This document shows positions 24,498 to 33,673 of a stretch of DNA of 64,000 bases, one piece after another. The notes under the pieces were generated by a model. The model saw only the letters and a program-made list of their open reading frames with translations. It was not told the DNA's origin and made no database searches. The DNA comes from an uncultured Candidatus Saccharibacteria bacterium (GTDB lineage Bacteria > Patescibacteriota > Saccharimonadia > Saccharimonadales > CAIOMD01): the NCBI GenBank assembly GCA_964426305.1, contig CAYRPO010000001.1, forward strand, positions 732 through 64,731. Reading direction: 5' to 3'. Made by a program: the position numbers and the translations under genes. Numbering within the stretch: the stretch's first letter is position 1; every line of letters begins with the position of its first letter.

Positions 24498-27025
24498 AAG
24501 TAAGTCTTCATATCGTCAAATACTATGGTAATGGCTTTGATCCATTGGCCGACGGTGGCGTTGCCGGTGTTGTAGAGCGTGTCGGTGCGCAACTGGGAGC
24601 CATAGAAGATGTTGTCCAGACGGGACCTCGCTATGACGGAATTGTGGTGGCTCGTGTTGTGGCTTGTGATAAGCATCCTAATGCCGACAAACTGCATGTT
24701 TGCAAAGTTGATGACGGTGGTGCTGTACACGATGTTGCTCGTGACGCAGAAGGACTGGTGCAGGTTGTCTGCGGCGCGCCAAACGTTCGCAGTGGCATGA
24801 CTGTTGCATGGCTACCACCTGGAAGTACTGTGCCGGTAACGTATGACGATGATGAACCGTTTGTTTTGAGCGCGCGAGAGCTACGTGGCGTCATAAGCAA
24901 TGGCATGCTTGCGAGTGCGAGTGAGCTTGGTCTAAGCGATGATCATAGCGGTCTTCTGGAGATTACTACGGAAGACGTTGGTGTGGATTTGACAAAGCCA
25001 GGAACACCATTTCGAAAGCTGTATGATCTAGACGATGTAATTTTGGACCTAGAGAACAAGATGTTTACGCATCGACCAGACTGTTTTGGTGCTATTGGCG
25101 TGGCCCGTGAACTGGCTGGCATTGCCGGATCGGCATTTACGTCGCCGGACTGGTATAAAAATCCGGTATCTCTTCCTGCTCCTACTGCGGTTTTTGAGCT
25201 TCGGGTTTCAAATGAGGCCAAAGCTGTTGTACCGCGTTTTATGGCACAAGTTGTTCGAGATGTTACAGTACAGCCAAGTCCGATGTGGCTACAGGCGTAT
25301 CTGGCGCGTGTTGGCGTGAAGTCTATTAACAACATTGTCGATTTAACGAACTACTATATGTTGCTGACGGGTCAACCGCTACATGCGTTTGATTACGATA
25401 AGCTAGTGGCGCATAGTACTCAACCGACTTTAGGGCCGAGGATGGCAAAAGAGGGCGAGGAGCTTACGCTGCTTGGTGGCAAGACGGTAAAGCTAACATC
25501 TGGCGACATCGTCATAGCTACCGACACGCAAGCAGTTGCGCTGGCAGGTGTCATGGGCGGCGCAGAAACCGAAGTCGACAGTACAACAAAGAATATCGTA
25601 ATTGAATGCGCTACCTTTGATATGTACAGCATTCGACGTACAAGTATGCGTTACGGCTTATTCACCGACGCCGTTACGCGCTATACAAAAGGCCAAAGTC
25701 CACTACAAAACGATCGCGTCTTGGCGAAGATTGTTGATGACCTTATGCATGTGGCAGACGGGTCTGTAGCGAGTGATGTATTTGATCTGTTGCGTCAAGA
25801 CGTGAAACCAATGCCAGCAGTACATGTATCGGTTCGGTTCATCAATGACCGCCTCGGGTCGACGCTTACGAGTTCTCAGATGAAAAAAATGCTTGAAAAT
25901 GTGGAATTTGTTGTAGAGGTGGATGCCGCGCACGAAGAACTCATGATCACCCCGCCGTTTTGGCGCACCGACATAGAGCTTTCCGAGGATCTTGTCGAGG
26001 AAATCGGCAGATTGTATGGATACAGTAAATTGCCCATTAATCTACCTGTTCGACCCAGCATGCCTGTGCAGCGCGACACTCTACTGCAGCTAAAAGCACA
26101 AATCCGTACAGCACTCAAGGCTATGGGTGCTAATGAAGTGCTAGGCTACAGTTTTGTGCATGAAAAAACAGTCCGCGCTGCCAACCAAAATCCGGTGGAC
26201 GCCTTTAAGCTGAGCAACGCGCTGAGTCCAGACTTGCAGTATTACAGGCTGAGTCTCACACCTAGTTTGTTGGAAAAAATACAACCCAACATACGTGCTG
26301 GGTATGAACAATTTGCACTTTATGAAATCGGTAAAGGCCACGACCGCCGACACATACACGCAGAAGACGACCTTCCTGACGAACACGAGCTGTTGTCGCT
26401 AGTTTTTGCGGCCAATGCAAAAACAGCAGGTCAAGGCGCTCCGTTTTATCGGGCTAGGGCCCTACTTGATACGCTTGGTTCGCTTTTAGGTACTGCGTTT
26501 GTATGCAAGCAATATGCAGAAACGCCCGAACAGCTGCCACTATATGGACCATATGATCGGTCGCGCTGTGCCCAGGTGTATACGAAGTTTGATCATATTC
26601 CGGTTGGCGTGATTGGTGAGTTTAGCGCGACTGCACGCAGGGCCTTCAAACTGCCTGTGGCATGTGCTGGCTTCGAGCTTGATTTGAAAATGTTATCGCA
26701 GGCTTCTGGTCATAAAAGACAATACGAACCATTGCCGAGATTTCCAAAGGTCACGCAAGACATTTCTCTCAAAGTACCAACCACTGTCACATATGAAGAT
26801 ATACGCATGTGCCTAGAGGAAGCTTTGTCGACTGCTCAGCCACATGCGACCCGCTATTCGTTGGAGCCCGTAGACATATATGTTGCAGAGAATGGTGACA
26901 GACACATTGCGTTTCGACTCATGATTGCACATTATGAGCGCACAATGACTACTGATGAAGTTAATCAGCTTCTGGATATTGCAGCTGCCGCGGCGAGCGG
27001 TCAATATGCCGCTACTCGTTTATAG
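24494..27025 (+). CDS. pheT: Phenylalanine--tRNA ligase beta subunit
   Basis: The ORF is 843 aa with an N-terminal tRNA-binding domain (KHPNADKLHVCKVD), B3/4 and B5 domains and a C-terminal FDX-ACB region. There is an ATGA overlap with pheS. Confidence 0.95.
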   Translation: MKVSLHIVKYYGNGFDPLADGGVAGVVERVGAQLGAIEDVVQTGPRYDGIVVARVVACDKHPNADKLHVCKVDDGGAVHDVARDAEGLVQVVCGAPNVRSGMTVAWLPPGSTVPVTYDDDEPFVLSARELRGVISNGMLASASELGLSDDHSGLLEITTEDVGVDLTKPGTPFRKLYDLDDVILDLENKMFTHRPDCFGAIGVARELAGIAGSAFTSPDWYKNPVSLPAPTAVFELRVSNEAKAVVPRFMAQVVRDVTVQPSPMWLQAYLARVGVKSINNIVDLTNYYMLLTGQPLHAFDYDKLVAHSTQPTLGPRMAKEGEELTLLGGKTVKLTSGDIVIATDTQAVALAGVMGGAETEVDSTTKNIVIECATFDMYSIRRTSMRYGLFTDAVTRYTKGQSPLQNDRVLAKIVDDLMHVADGSVASDVFDLLRQDVKPMPAVHVSVRFINDRLGSTLTSSQMKKMLENVEFVVEVDAAHEELMITPPFWRTDIELSEDLVEEIGRLYGYSKLPINLPVRPSMPVQRDTLLQLKAQIRTALKAMGANEVLGYSFVHEKTVRAANQNPVDAFKLSNALSPDLQYYRLSLTPSLLEKIQPNIRAGYEQFALYEIGKGHDRRHIHAEDDLPDEHELLSLVFAANAKTAGQGAPFYRARALLDTLGSLLGTAFVCKQYAETPEQLPLYGPYDRSRCAQVYTKFDHIPVGVIGEFSATARRAFKLPVACAGFELDLKMLSQASGHKRQYEPLPRFPKVTQDISLKVPTTVTYEDIRMCLEEALSTAQPHATRYSLEPVDIYVAENGDRHIAFRLMIAHYERTMTTDEVNQLLDIAAAAASGQYAATRL

Positions 27026-27827
27026 CTTGCATTTTCGTTCATTACGTGATACGATAAAAAATGCATCTTTGAGGCATAACTGCCCAAGTGTTGCACATTT
27101 TCAACCAGACACTGTATTGTTTGTCATGAGTTCGGGTGTTCGTAGGTGTGTTTTTCTGTAAACGCATACCTATGAACATCCGAAATCGTGCCCTTGAACG
27201 TACGATGACGGAATAGGCTAACGATGCACCATTGCAAGCAAATCCATGAAGAGGTTTGCGAAATGTTCGTTGCTCCGCAACGGATAGTTGCAATGAATAT
27301 GCATTGTTGTAAGCTGGTGGCCCCGCAGATGCCCCTGTGTTGGTGTCCCCTTCAAAAAGGGACTCCCCCGACCGACACTTGAACCCTGCGGGGCCACCGC
27401 CCACGTACGTTGTAATCTCTGGATGCTGCTCGCAATATTGATTATCCCAATTGATATTGACATGCTGGCACACAGAGACAGGAGGTGCTCCGCCAATCTG
27501 CAAGTTGGCGTGTTAGCACCCGTTCGGCCGGGGCCCCTAGTTCCAGCTAGTGTGGCCCCGGCCAGGCTTTTTGTATCTGTGGCAATATTGCCCGGTACTA
27601 TAGAGCAATGTCTGGTTGTTTTGCTCAGAACCCATAACACTGGTTGTGGCTTGTGAGCAGAAATCCAAGTTAATCAAGCTATGTCACGAGTTATTTGTGA
27701 TAAGCGTCTTTATGTGGTACAGTATGCATCGCCAGTCGTGAGGTGAGGTGATTTGCCCACAACGTGCATTTACAACCAGGTGCTGATACGCTCCTGTCCC
27801 GTCAATAGGAAAGGATGTGAGCCAGTA
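27026..27827 (+). other. Stretch of ~0.8 kb with no convincing ORF but dense secondary structure. It is a candidate large non-coding RNA or leader; a decayed gene is the alternative.
   Basis: There is no ORF with a start/SD context. Stems seen:
- A 13-bp perfect stem, GGTGGCCCCGCAG (27316..27328) / CTGCGGGGCCACC (27386..27398).
- An 11-bp stem, 27433..27443 / 27449..27459, with two G-U pairs that work only on the + strand.
- GGTGCT/AGCACC with GCCAA/TTGGC (27484..27520).
- GGCCGGGGCC/GGCCCCGGCC (27526..27563).
- A 7-bp stem with a U-G pair, 27632..27649. Confidence 0.45.
27526..27572 (+). terminator. GC-rich hairpin plus T-run (terminator-like) inside the structured region
   Basis: GGCCGGGGCC (27526..27535) pairs with GGCCCCGGCC (27554..27563), with an inner CTAG/CTAG stem. 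AGGCTTTTT follows. Confidence 0.45.
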
Positions 27828-27995
27828 TGGCTTACAGCTATGAACAGGCGAAGAATGGCTTCGGCTCCAAGGACAATGGCAAGCCTGTCAAGTGCTCGAG
27901 CTGTGGCAGTAGGGCGCCCGTCAACATCAAATCAGGGTATGCCCCTGCAGATGTGAAGTCGCCCTGTTGCGAAAAGCCAATGGAAAACGCCTAAA
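27828..27995 (+). CDS. Small zinc-ribbon-like protein (55 aa)
   Basis: An AGGAAAGGA SD region precedes ATG 27828. The sequence is MAYSYEQAKNGFGSKDNGKPVKCSSCGSRAPVNIKSGYAPADVKSPCCEKPMENA, with CxxC and CC Cys pairs. It is below the ORF-track cut-off; the 67-aa track ORF 27753..27956 is in another frame. Confidence 0.45.
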
Positions 27996-28010
27996 GGGTT
28001 GTACTGCTAC

Positions 28011-28044
28011 GGAGCAGATGGGGCCAAAACCCCATCTGCTCCGT
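28011..28044 (+). other. Perfect 14-bp hairpin after the mini-ORF (no U-tract)
   Basis: CGGAGCAGATGGGG (28011..28024) and CCCCATCTGCTCCG (28031..28044) flank the loop CCAAAA. Confidence 0.6.
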
Positions 28045-28157
28045 GCACGAATCGTCAGGACAGCACCTGGCTTACCCAGAATTCATAAGCTTTGACTTGT
28101 GGTTTGTGTGTAAGTTGCTACATGTTTTTGCGCAATATGTTGTTACACTGTAGTGGC

Positions 28158-29927
28158 ATGAAAGATATCTGGAAGGTTATTGTTTTTAGTCGAAGTTTGT
28201 GGCGGTATTATGCCGTCATCAGTGTGTTTACGATCGGCTTGAGTTTTGCGTCGCTTTTGCAACCGCTCCTGTCGGGCAAGGCAATCGACGAGATCAGTAA
28301 AGGCACAAGTGCTGATGTACGATATGTCATCATACTTGCTGTCATAATCTTTGGGCTTGAGCTACTAAGTACCGTTTTCAGTAACATAAGCGGCTACCTT
28401 GGCGATCAAATGTATGCGCGTTTACAGAAACTACTGTCTGAACGATACTACGGTCATCTACTTAATCTGCCTCAGCGGTATTTTGACACAGAACTATCCG
28501 GCAAGATCATCAATCGGCTTAATCGGTCAATCACGCAAATCGCAAGCTTTATGCATATGATGAGCAACAATTTTTTGCAGTTCATCTTTACAACTGTATT
28601 TTCGTTAGTTGTTGTTGCGATATATAGTTGGCAGGTAGCTGCGATGCTGCTGACACTGTACCCGATTTATATATACATGACATTTAGAACGAGTGATCGT
28701 TGGCAAAAATACCAAGCACAAAAGAACAAACACGCTGACATAGCAACTGGCCGATTCACCGAAGCAATCGGTCAGATTCGAGTTGTAAAAAGTTTCAATC
28801 AGGAACAGCGTGAACTGTCATTTTTTAGTCGACATATGCAAAAGGTAGTACGTATTGAACAGCCACAGTCAAAATATTGGCACAAAAAAGATGTTGAGCG
28901 ACGCTTAGTGCTGAATGTGATCTTTTTCGCGGTCTATGCATATATATTTGTACAGGGTGCGCGGGGTGTTTTTTCGCCAGGCGCATCGGTCGCTTTGATC
29001 TTGTATGCCATGCAAATTCGTATACCCATATTTACCATTAGCTACTTGGTTGAAAACACGCAAAAAGCCATCGCTGACAGTAAGGATTATTTTGTTGCCC
29101 TGAGCGTTCGAGCTGACATTGCCGACAAGCCGAACGCCAAAGTCTTACAGGTCCAACATGGAACGGTAGCTGTGCAGGACGTGTCGTTTAGTTATGGCGA
29201 CACGCCTGTACTAAAAAATGTTACGCTCAATTTTCGGGCTGGCACAAAAACGGCACTTGTAGGCGAGAGCGGCGAAGGCAAAACAACACTTACGAACCTG
29301 CTCATTCGGCTATATGATCCACAGCACGGAAGGATTGTCGTCGACGATCAGCCGATATCGGAGGTAACGCAGCAGTCGTTGCGAGAGTCTATAGGTGTTG
29401 TGTTCCAAGAACCGGCGCTGTTTAGTGGTACGATTTTTGAAAATATTGCATATGCAAAGCCGTCTGCTACCAAAGACCAGGTTGTCGAAGCTGCAAAAGC
29501 TGCAAATGCGCATGATTTTATACAAAAATATGAAAAAGGATATCATACTCAGATCGGCGAGCGTGGACTCAAGCTCAGCGGTGGACAAAAGCAGCGCATC
29601 GCAATTGCACGTGCGATTTTGAAAGATGCTCCAATCCTAATCTTAGACGAAGCGACGAGTAGTCTCGACAGTAAGAGTGAGGTAGAGGTACATGCAGCAC
29701 TAGAACGCCTGATGAGACAGCGCACAACGATTATCATTGCTCATAGACTGAGCACTATTGCTAGTGTTGATACTATTGTCACGCTTCGTGGCGGTCGGAT
29801 TGATGAAATTGGAACGCCGGCAGAACTAGCAAAAACAGATGGCATCTATGCGCAATTACTTGCAATGAGCGCAAAGCATACAGATCAATCCAAAAAACGA
29901 TTACAAGCATTTGAGATTTCTGCGTAG
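28158..29927 (+). CDS. ABC transporter, fused permease/ATP-binding exporter (MsbA/multidrug type)
   Basis: It has a six-TM domain followed by an NBD with Walker A GESGEGKTT, signature LSGGQKQRIAIAR and Walker B ILILDEATS. ATG 28158 is chosen; the track ORF begins at an upstream TTG. Confidence 0.9.
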   Translation: MKDIWKVIVFSRSLWRYYAVISVFTIGLSFASLLQPLLSGKAIDEISKGTSADVRYVIILAVIIFGLELLSTVFSNISGYLGDQMYARLQKLLSERYYGHLLNLPQRYFDTELSGKIINRLNRSITQIASFMHMMSNNFLQFIFTTVFSLVVVAIYSWQVAAMLLTLYPIYIYMTFRTSDRWQKYQAQKNKHADIATGRFTEAIGQIRVVKSFNQEQRELSFFSRHMQKVVRIEQPQSKYWHKKDVERRLVLNVIFFAVYAYIFVQGARGVFSPGASVALILYAMQIRIPIFTISYLVENTQKAIADSKDYFVALSVRADIADKPNAKVLQVQHGTVAVQDVSFSYGDTPVLKNVTLNFRAGTKTALVGESGEGKTTLTNLLIRLYDPQHGRIVVDDQPISEVTQQSLRESIGVVFQEPALFSGTIFENIAYAKPSATKDQVVEAAKAANAHDFIQKYEKGYHTQIGERGLKLSGGQKQRIAIARAILKDAPILILDEATSSLDSKSEVEVHAALERLMRQRTTIIIAHRLSTIASVDTIVTLRGGRIDEIGTPAELAKTDGIYAQLLAMSAKHTDQSKKRLQAFEISA

Positions 29928-29980
29928 TTTTTGTTATGCTTGTTAAGTATTTATCAAAAATATAAGAAATTGGGGTCGCT

Positions 29981-32713
29981 ATGTCTCGTGGAGTAAAGCG
30001 TTCATCGGCGCGATCTAAGTCGTCTGTCGCGGAGCCAAAAGATAAACTACTAACAAAACTTACGTCGTGGTTTTTTGCAAGACCACGTTTCACGGCTGCT
30101 CTATGGGTCGTGATTCTTGTTTTTGGTATCTTGAGCTACACTACATTACTGAAGCGGGAAGGTTTTCCCAGTATAGCGTTTCCGTTTAGTGTCATTAACG
30201 GAACGTATCTAGTCAATGATCCGGCGGTGGTTGATGAAAAAGTTGCGAAGCCTTTGAGCCAATTGATCCTAGAGCAAGGTACAGCCAAGACCGTACAGAC
30301 CCAAAGCTTTGCGAACTTTTTTGTTGTAACGGTACAGTATAAAGACGGTACCGATGCCGCTGAGGCAACAAAACAGATTGAGACGATAGTAAAAACAAAC
30401 AATACGCTGCCGCCGCAGGCAAATGCGCAGTTTACAGTTCCCAAATTTGGCTTCACCGAACGTGGCGACGACATTGCTATCTCGATTTATGCAAAAAGCG
30501 GAGAACAGACAACGGAGACGTTAACAGCTCGAGCCGAGCAAGCTGCAACGTTTTTGAAGAGCCAAGAGATTACGCTTGCCAAAGACATATCGGTTATCAA
30601 CCCGTACCAGGAAGCCATAAATCCTTTGACCGGACAGATGGCGCTCACGCAAAAGAACTTTGACAGATTTGGACAGCGTGTTGATGACAAAAATGAGTTT
30701 ACAAATTCCGTAATCATTGGCATCACTCGTGCGAATGGTGCTGACATACTGAAGTTAAATGATCAGGTAGAGAAGGCGGTCGCTGCGCTCAATCAGCAGT
30801 CTGATTTTCAGGGCAACCAAGCCACAATTAGTGCAAGTTTTGCGCCGCAGATTCGTGATCAAGTGAGTGAACTGCAGAAAGTTCTACTTGAGGGTCTCAT
30901 CGCGGTTCTAGTGGTCGGAACGATTGTTATTGCATTTCGTGCCTCAATCATAACAGTCATATCTATGATTACCGTGCTTGCCGCAACGGTCGGCTTGTTA
31001 TATGCGGTTGGGTACACTCTCAACACGATTACGCTGTTTGCGCTCATCCTGGGGTTGTCGCTAATTGTTGACGATACAATCATTATGGTCGAAGCTATTG
31101 ATGCCCAACGACGTCGACAGAAGCAGGCAAAAGATGCGGTACGCACTGCAACCAGAAAGGTAAGCCGGGCAATGGTTGCTGCTACGCTGACAGCGGCTTT
31201 AAGCTTCGCGCCGCTTTTGTTCGTTGGAGGAATATTGGGCGGCTTTATACGGGCCATACCAGCGACGATCATAAGCGCATTACTGATTAGTCTGTTTGTC
31301 GCGCTGATATTTATCCCGTTATTTGCGCGTTACTTATTGCTTGGTAAGAAGCAGATGGGAGACGGGAATGTCAAGGAAGTTGCCGCCGGAATTGAGGCGA
31401 AGCTGGCACGATTTATTTCAGCACCGATGCTTTGGGCAAAACATTCTCGCAAGAAACTAGTGTTTGTTGGCCTGACGGCGGTATTGATTGGGTTTGGATT
31501 CATCGCTGCAGGTGGTGCAATCGCAAAATATGTTGAATTTAATATATTTCCGTCAGACAAAGACTCAAACGCAGTCACGGTAAACTTGGCTTTTCCGCCA
31601 CTGACAACAATCCAGCAAGCGCAAGCAACGGCCGCACGAGCTGACAAGATCGTTGGGGAAACGGTTGGAGACAATTTTGTACAAGCTTCGTATCTGGCGA
31701 CAGGAAGTGCTCAGGGCGGTTCTTTGAGGGTTGATTTAGTTGGGTATGCTGAACGTGATGTCCGCTCTCCGGAAATTGTTCGTCAGCTAGAGAAGGCTTT
31801 TGATGGCTTCCAGGGCGCACGAGTAGCCGTGCAGCAACAGAGCGCTGGGCCGCCGCCGTCGGCTTTTGAAGTTCGTATCGAAACGACTGATCGTGAAAAT
31901 GGTCTGGCGGCTGCACATGCGATAGCAACATACCTAGAGACAACTGAGCTGAAACGCCCCGATGGAACAAAGCCTCAAATTAAAACGGTCACAGTCACAA
32001 ATAGTGATGTTCTAAATCGTAAGAATAGTACCGCATATGTATCGGTCACGGCAGAATTTGTCGATTCCGACACAACGACTCTTGTAACGCTTGCAAAAGC
32101 AGCCGTAGAGAGTAAGTTTACCGCAAGCGAACTTGCAAAATATCAGCTCAAAACTGAAAACTTAAGTTTTGATTTTGGCCAAGAAGACGAAAACCAAGAT
32201 TCGTTTGCAACACTTGCGTTAGCGTTTCCGGCCGTTTTGGCAGTGATCTATGTATTGTTGGCCGTCCAGTTCCGTAGCTTTTTGCAGCCGTTGCTTATCT
32301 TCATGGCGATTCCATTTAGTTTCTTTGGTATTGCGTTCGGTCTCAAGATCACCGACAATCCGTTTAGCTTCTTCGCTATGCTTGGCTTCTTCGCGCTCAT
32401 CGGGCTTAGTATCAAAAATACAATTCTGCTAACAGATTATTGCAACCAGGCTCGGCGTGCCGGTATGCACCCTGTTGACGCAGCGCATGAGGCACTCGCG
32501 GAACGCTTTAGGCCGCTTGTTGCTACAAGCTTGACGGCCGTCGTATCGCTGATCCCTCTTGCCCTAACAAGCCCATTCTGGGAAGGCCTGGCGGTCGTAT
32601 TGATCTTTGGATTATTGTCGAGTACGTTGTTGGTATTAACGGTATTCCCGTACTACTATCTTGGCGCTGAATTTTTGCGTACGCGTCGCTGGATTCGACG
32701 CAAAAAAGCATAA
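29981..32713 (+). CDS. RND-superfamily efflux permease (AcrB/AcrD/AcrF-like), a short 910-aa form
   Basis: The N-terminus WFFARPRFTAALWVVILVFGILSY is typical of the RND family. The layout is twelve TMs with two large loops, and the conserved TM4 region is LGLSLIVDDTIIMVEAI. Confidence 0.8.
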   Translation: MSRGVKRSSARSKSSVAEPKDKLLTKLTSWFFARPRFTAALWVVILVFGILSYTTLLKREGFPSIAFPFSVINGTYLVNDPAVVDEKVAKPLSQLILEQGTAKTVQTQSFANFFVVTVQYKDGTDAAEATKQIETIVKTNNTLPPQANAQFTVPKFGFTERGDDIAISIYAKSGEQTTETLTARAEQAATFLKSQEITLAKDISVINPYQEAINPLTGQMALTQKNFDRFGQRVDDKNEFTNSVIIGITRANGADILKLNDQVEKAVAALNQQSDFQGNQATISASFAPQIRDQVSELQKVLLEGLIAVLVVGTIVIAFRASIITVISMITVLAATVGLLYAVGYTLNTITLFALILGLSLIVDDTIIMVEAIDAQRRRQKQAKDAVRTATRKVSRAMVAATLTAALSFAPLLFVGGILGGFIRAIPATIISALLISLFVALIFIPLFARYLLLGKKQMGDGNVKEVAAGIEAKLARFISAPMLWAKHSRKKLVFVGLTAVLIGFGFIAAGGAIAKYVEFNIFPSDKDSNAVTVNLAFPPLTTIQQAQATAARADKIVGETVGDNFVQASYLATGSAQGGSLRVDLVGYAERDVRSPEIVRQLEKAFDGFQGARVAVQQQSAGPPPSAFEVRIETTDRENGLAAAHAIATYLETTELKRPDGTKPQIKTVTVTNSDVLNRKNSTAYVSVTAEFVDSDTTTLVTLAKAAVESKFTASELAKYQLKTENLSFDFGQEDENQDSFATLALAFPAVLAVIYVLLAVQFRSFLQPLLIFMAIPFSFFGIAFGLKITDNPFSFFAMLGFFALIGLSIKNTILLTDYCNQARRAGMHPVDAAHEALAERFRPLVATSLTAVVSLIPLALTSPFWEGLAVVLIFGLLSSTLLVLTVFPYYYLGAEFLRTRRWIRRKKA

Positions 32714-32753
32714 AGCCTGCTATACTTGTAGTACAAATTAGAGGGAAATATAC

Positions 32754-33332
32754 ATGTCAACAACTACAAACACACAACGTGCTGTGTCGTTGGTCTTGGC
32801 GCTTGTTTTTCTGTTTTCGACGATTGGTGTCGTTGCCTTGATTGTGGCGCAGTCAAACCAACAGGCGAAACAGCAGCAAGAATTACAAGATCTACTGACA
32901 AACAAAACACAGATAGCGTGCTCGATTGACAACGCACTTAACTATAAACCGGAGGCACCCATGCAAGGCAAACCATTACCAAACTACACCCCACAAGCAG
33001 ATATTGCCGAGCTTGGCTGTATCGATATTGTTGTAGGCACTGGGGTGGAAGCTAAGGCCAACGATACTGTGACGGCGCATTATACTGGTGCTGTTGCGGC
33101 AACGGGGATCGTATTTCAGAGCTCTATCGACAGCGGCTCGCCAATACCATTTGGCCTAAACCAGGTCATACAGGGCTGGTCAAAAGGAGTCCCAGGCATG
33201 AAAGAAGGGGGAAAACGACGTTTACTCATCCCGAGCGCACTGGCCTATGGCGCGAATCCGCCGGCTGGCTCAGGTATCCCGGCCGATGCCGATCTCGTCT
33301 TTGACGTAGAGTTGGTAAAAGTTGGCAACTAG
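32754..33332 (+). CDS. FKBP-type peptidyl-prolyl cis-trans isomerase, membrane-anchored
   Basis: An N-terminal TM is followed by VTAHYTG......FQSS.....PIPFGLNQVIQGWSKGVPGMKEGGKRRLLIP..LAYG. Confidence 0.9.
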   Translation: MSTTTNTQRAVSLVLALVFLFSTIGVVALIVAQSNQQAKQQQELQDLLTNKTQIACSIDNALNYKPEAPMQGKPLPNYTPQADIAELGCIDIVVGTGVEAKANDTVTAHYTGAVAATGIVFQSSIDSGSPIPFGLNQVIQGWSKGVPGMKEGGKRRLLIPSALAYGANPPAGSGIPADADLVFDVELVKVGN

Positions 33333-33411
33333 CACTACATATAGTGTTTGACACCAAGAGCATAAGCATAGTAAACTATAAAAAGTAAAGTAACTAAGGG
33401 TATATAACCAT

Positions 33412-33660
33412 ATGGTTAAAGACATCACCATCTACAGTACAAATACCTGCGCCTATTGCGTTATGGTAAAAAAGTGGCTTAACAGCAAAGGACTTGCATA
33501 TACCGAAGTAAACCTCGACGAACACCCAGAGCGTGCCAACGAACCATTTGAGCTCACGCATCAGCTGGCCGTTCCTGTGACTGTTGTTACGAAGGATGAC
33601 GATTCGCAAGAAGTGGTTGTAGGATTTAATCTATCAAAACTGGCGCCTGCAGTTGCCTGA
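33412..33660 (+). CDS. Glutaredoxin-like protein (NrdH/YruB type)
   Basis: The ORF is 82 aa. ITIYSTNTCAYCVMVKKWL carries the CxxC motif in a thioredoxin-fold context. Confidence 0.8.
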   Translation: MVKDITIYSTNTCAYCVMVKKWLNSKGLAYTEVNLDEHPERANEPFELTHQLAVPVTVVTKDDDSQEVVVGFNLSKLAPAVA

Positions 33661-33673
33661 GTCTGGACATTAT

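Noticed and set aside
27042-27640. Two overlapping minus-strand ORFs (153 and 140 aa) in the gap after pheT
   Set aside because: They are mutually overlapping in different frames, start without an SD (one at a TTG 9 nt after an in-frame stop), and have Arg/Thr/Cys-rich odd C-termini. The same DNA forms long stems with + strand-specific G-U pairs. A decayed gene cannot be fully excluded.
27026-27827. Known housekeeping RNAs (RNase P RNA, tmRNA, SRP/4.5S RNA, group II intron domain V) as the identity of the structured region
   Set aside because: I looked on both strands for hallmark strings: GAGGAAAGTCC and ACAGAA..GGCTTA (RNase P), a GGTTCGAATCC-type T-arm with a 3' ACCA (tmRNA), and GGAAGCAGCC (SRP). 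None was found. This is visual only; a covariance-model scan is still needed.
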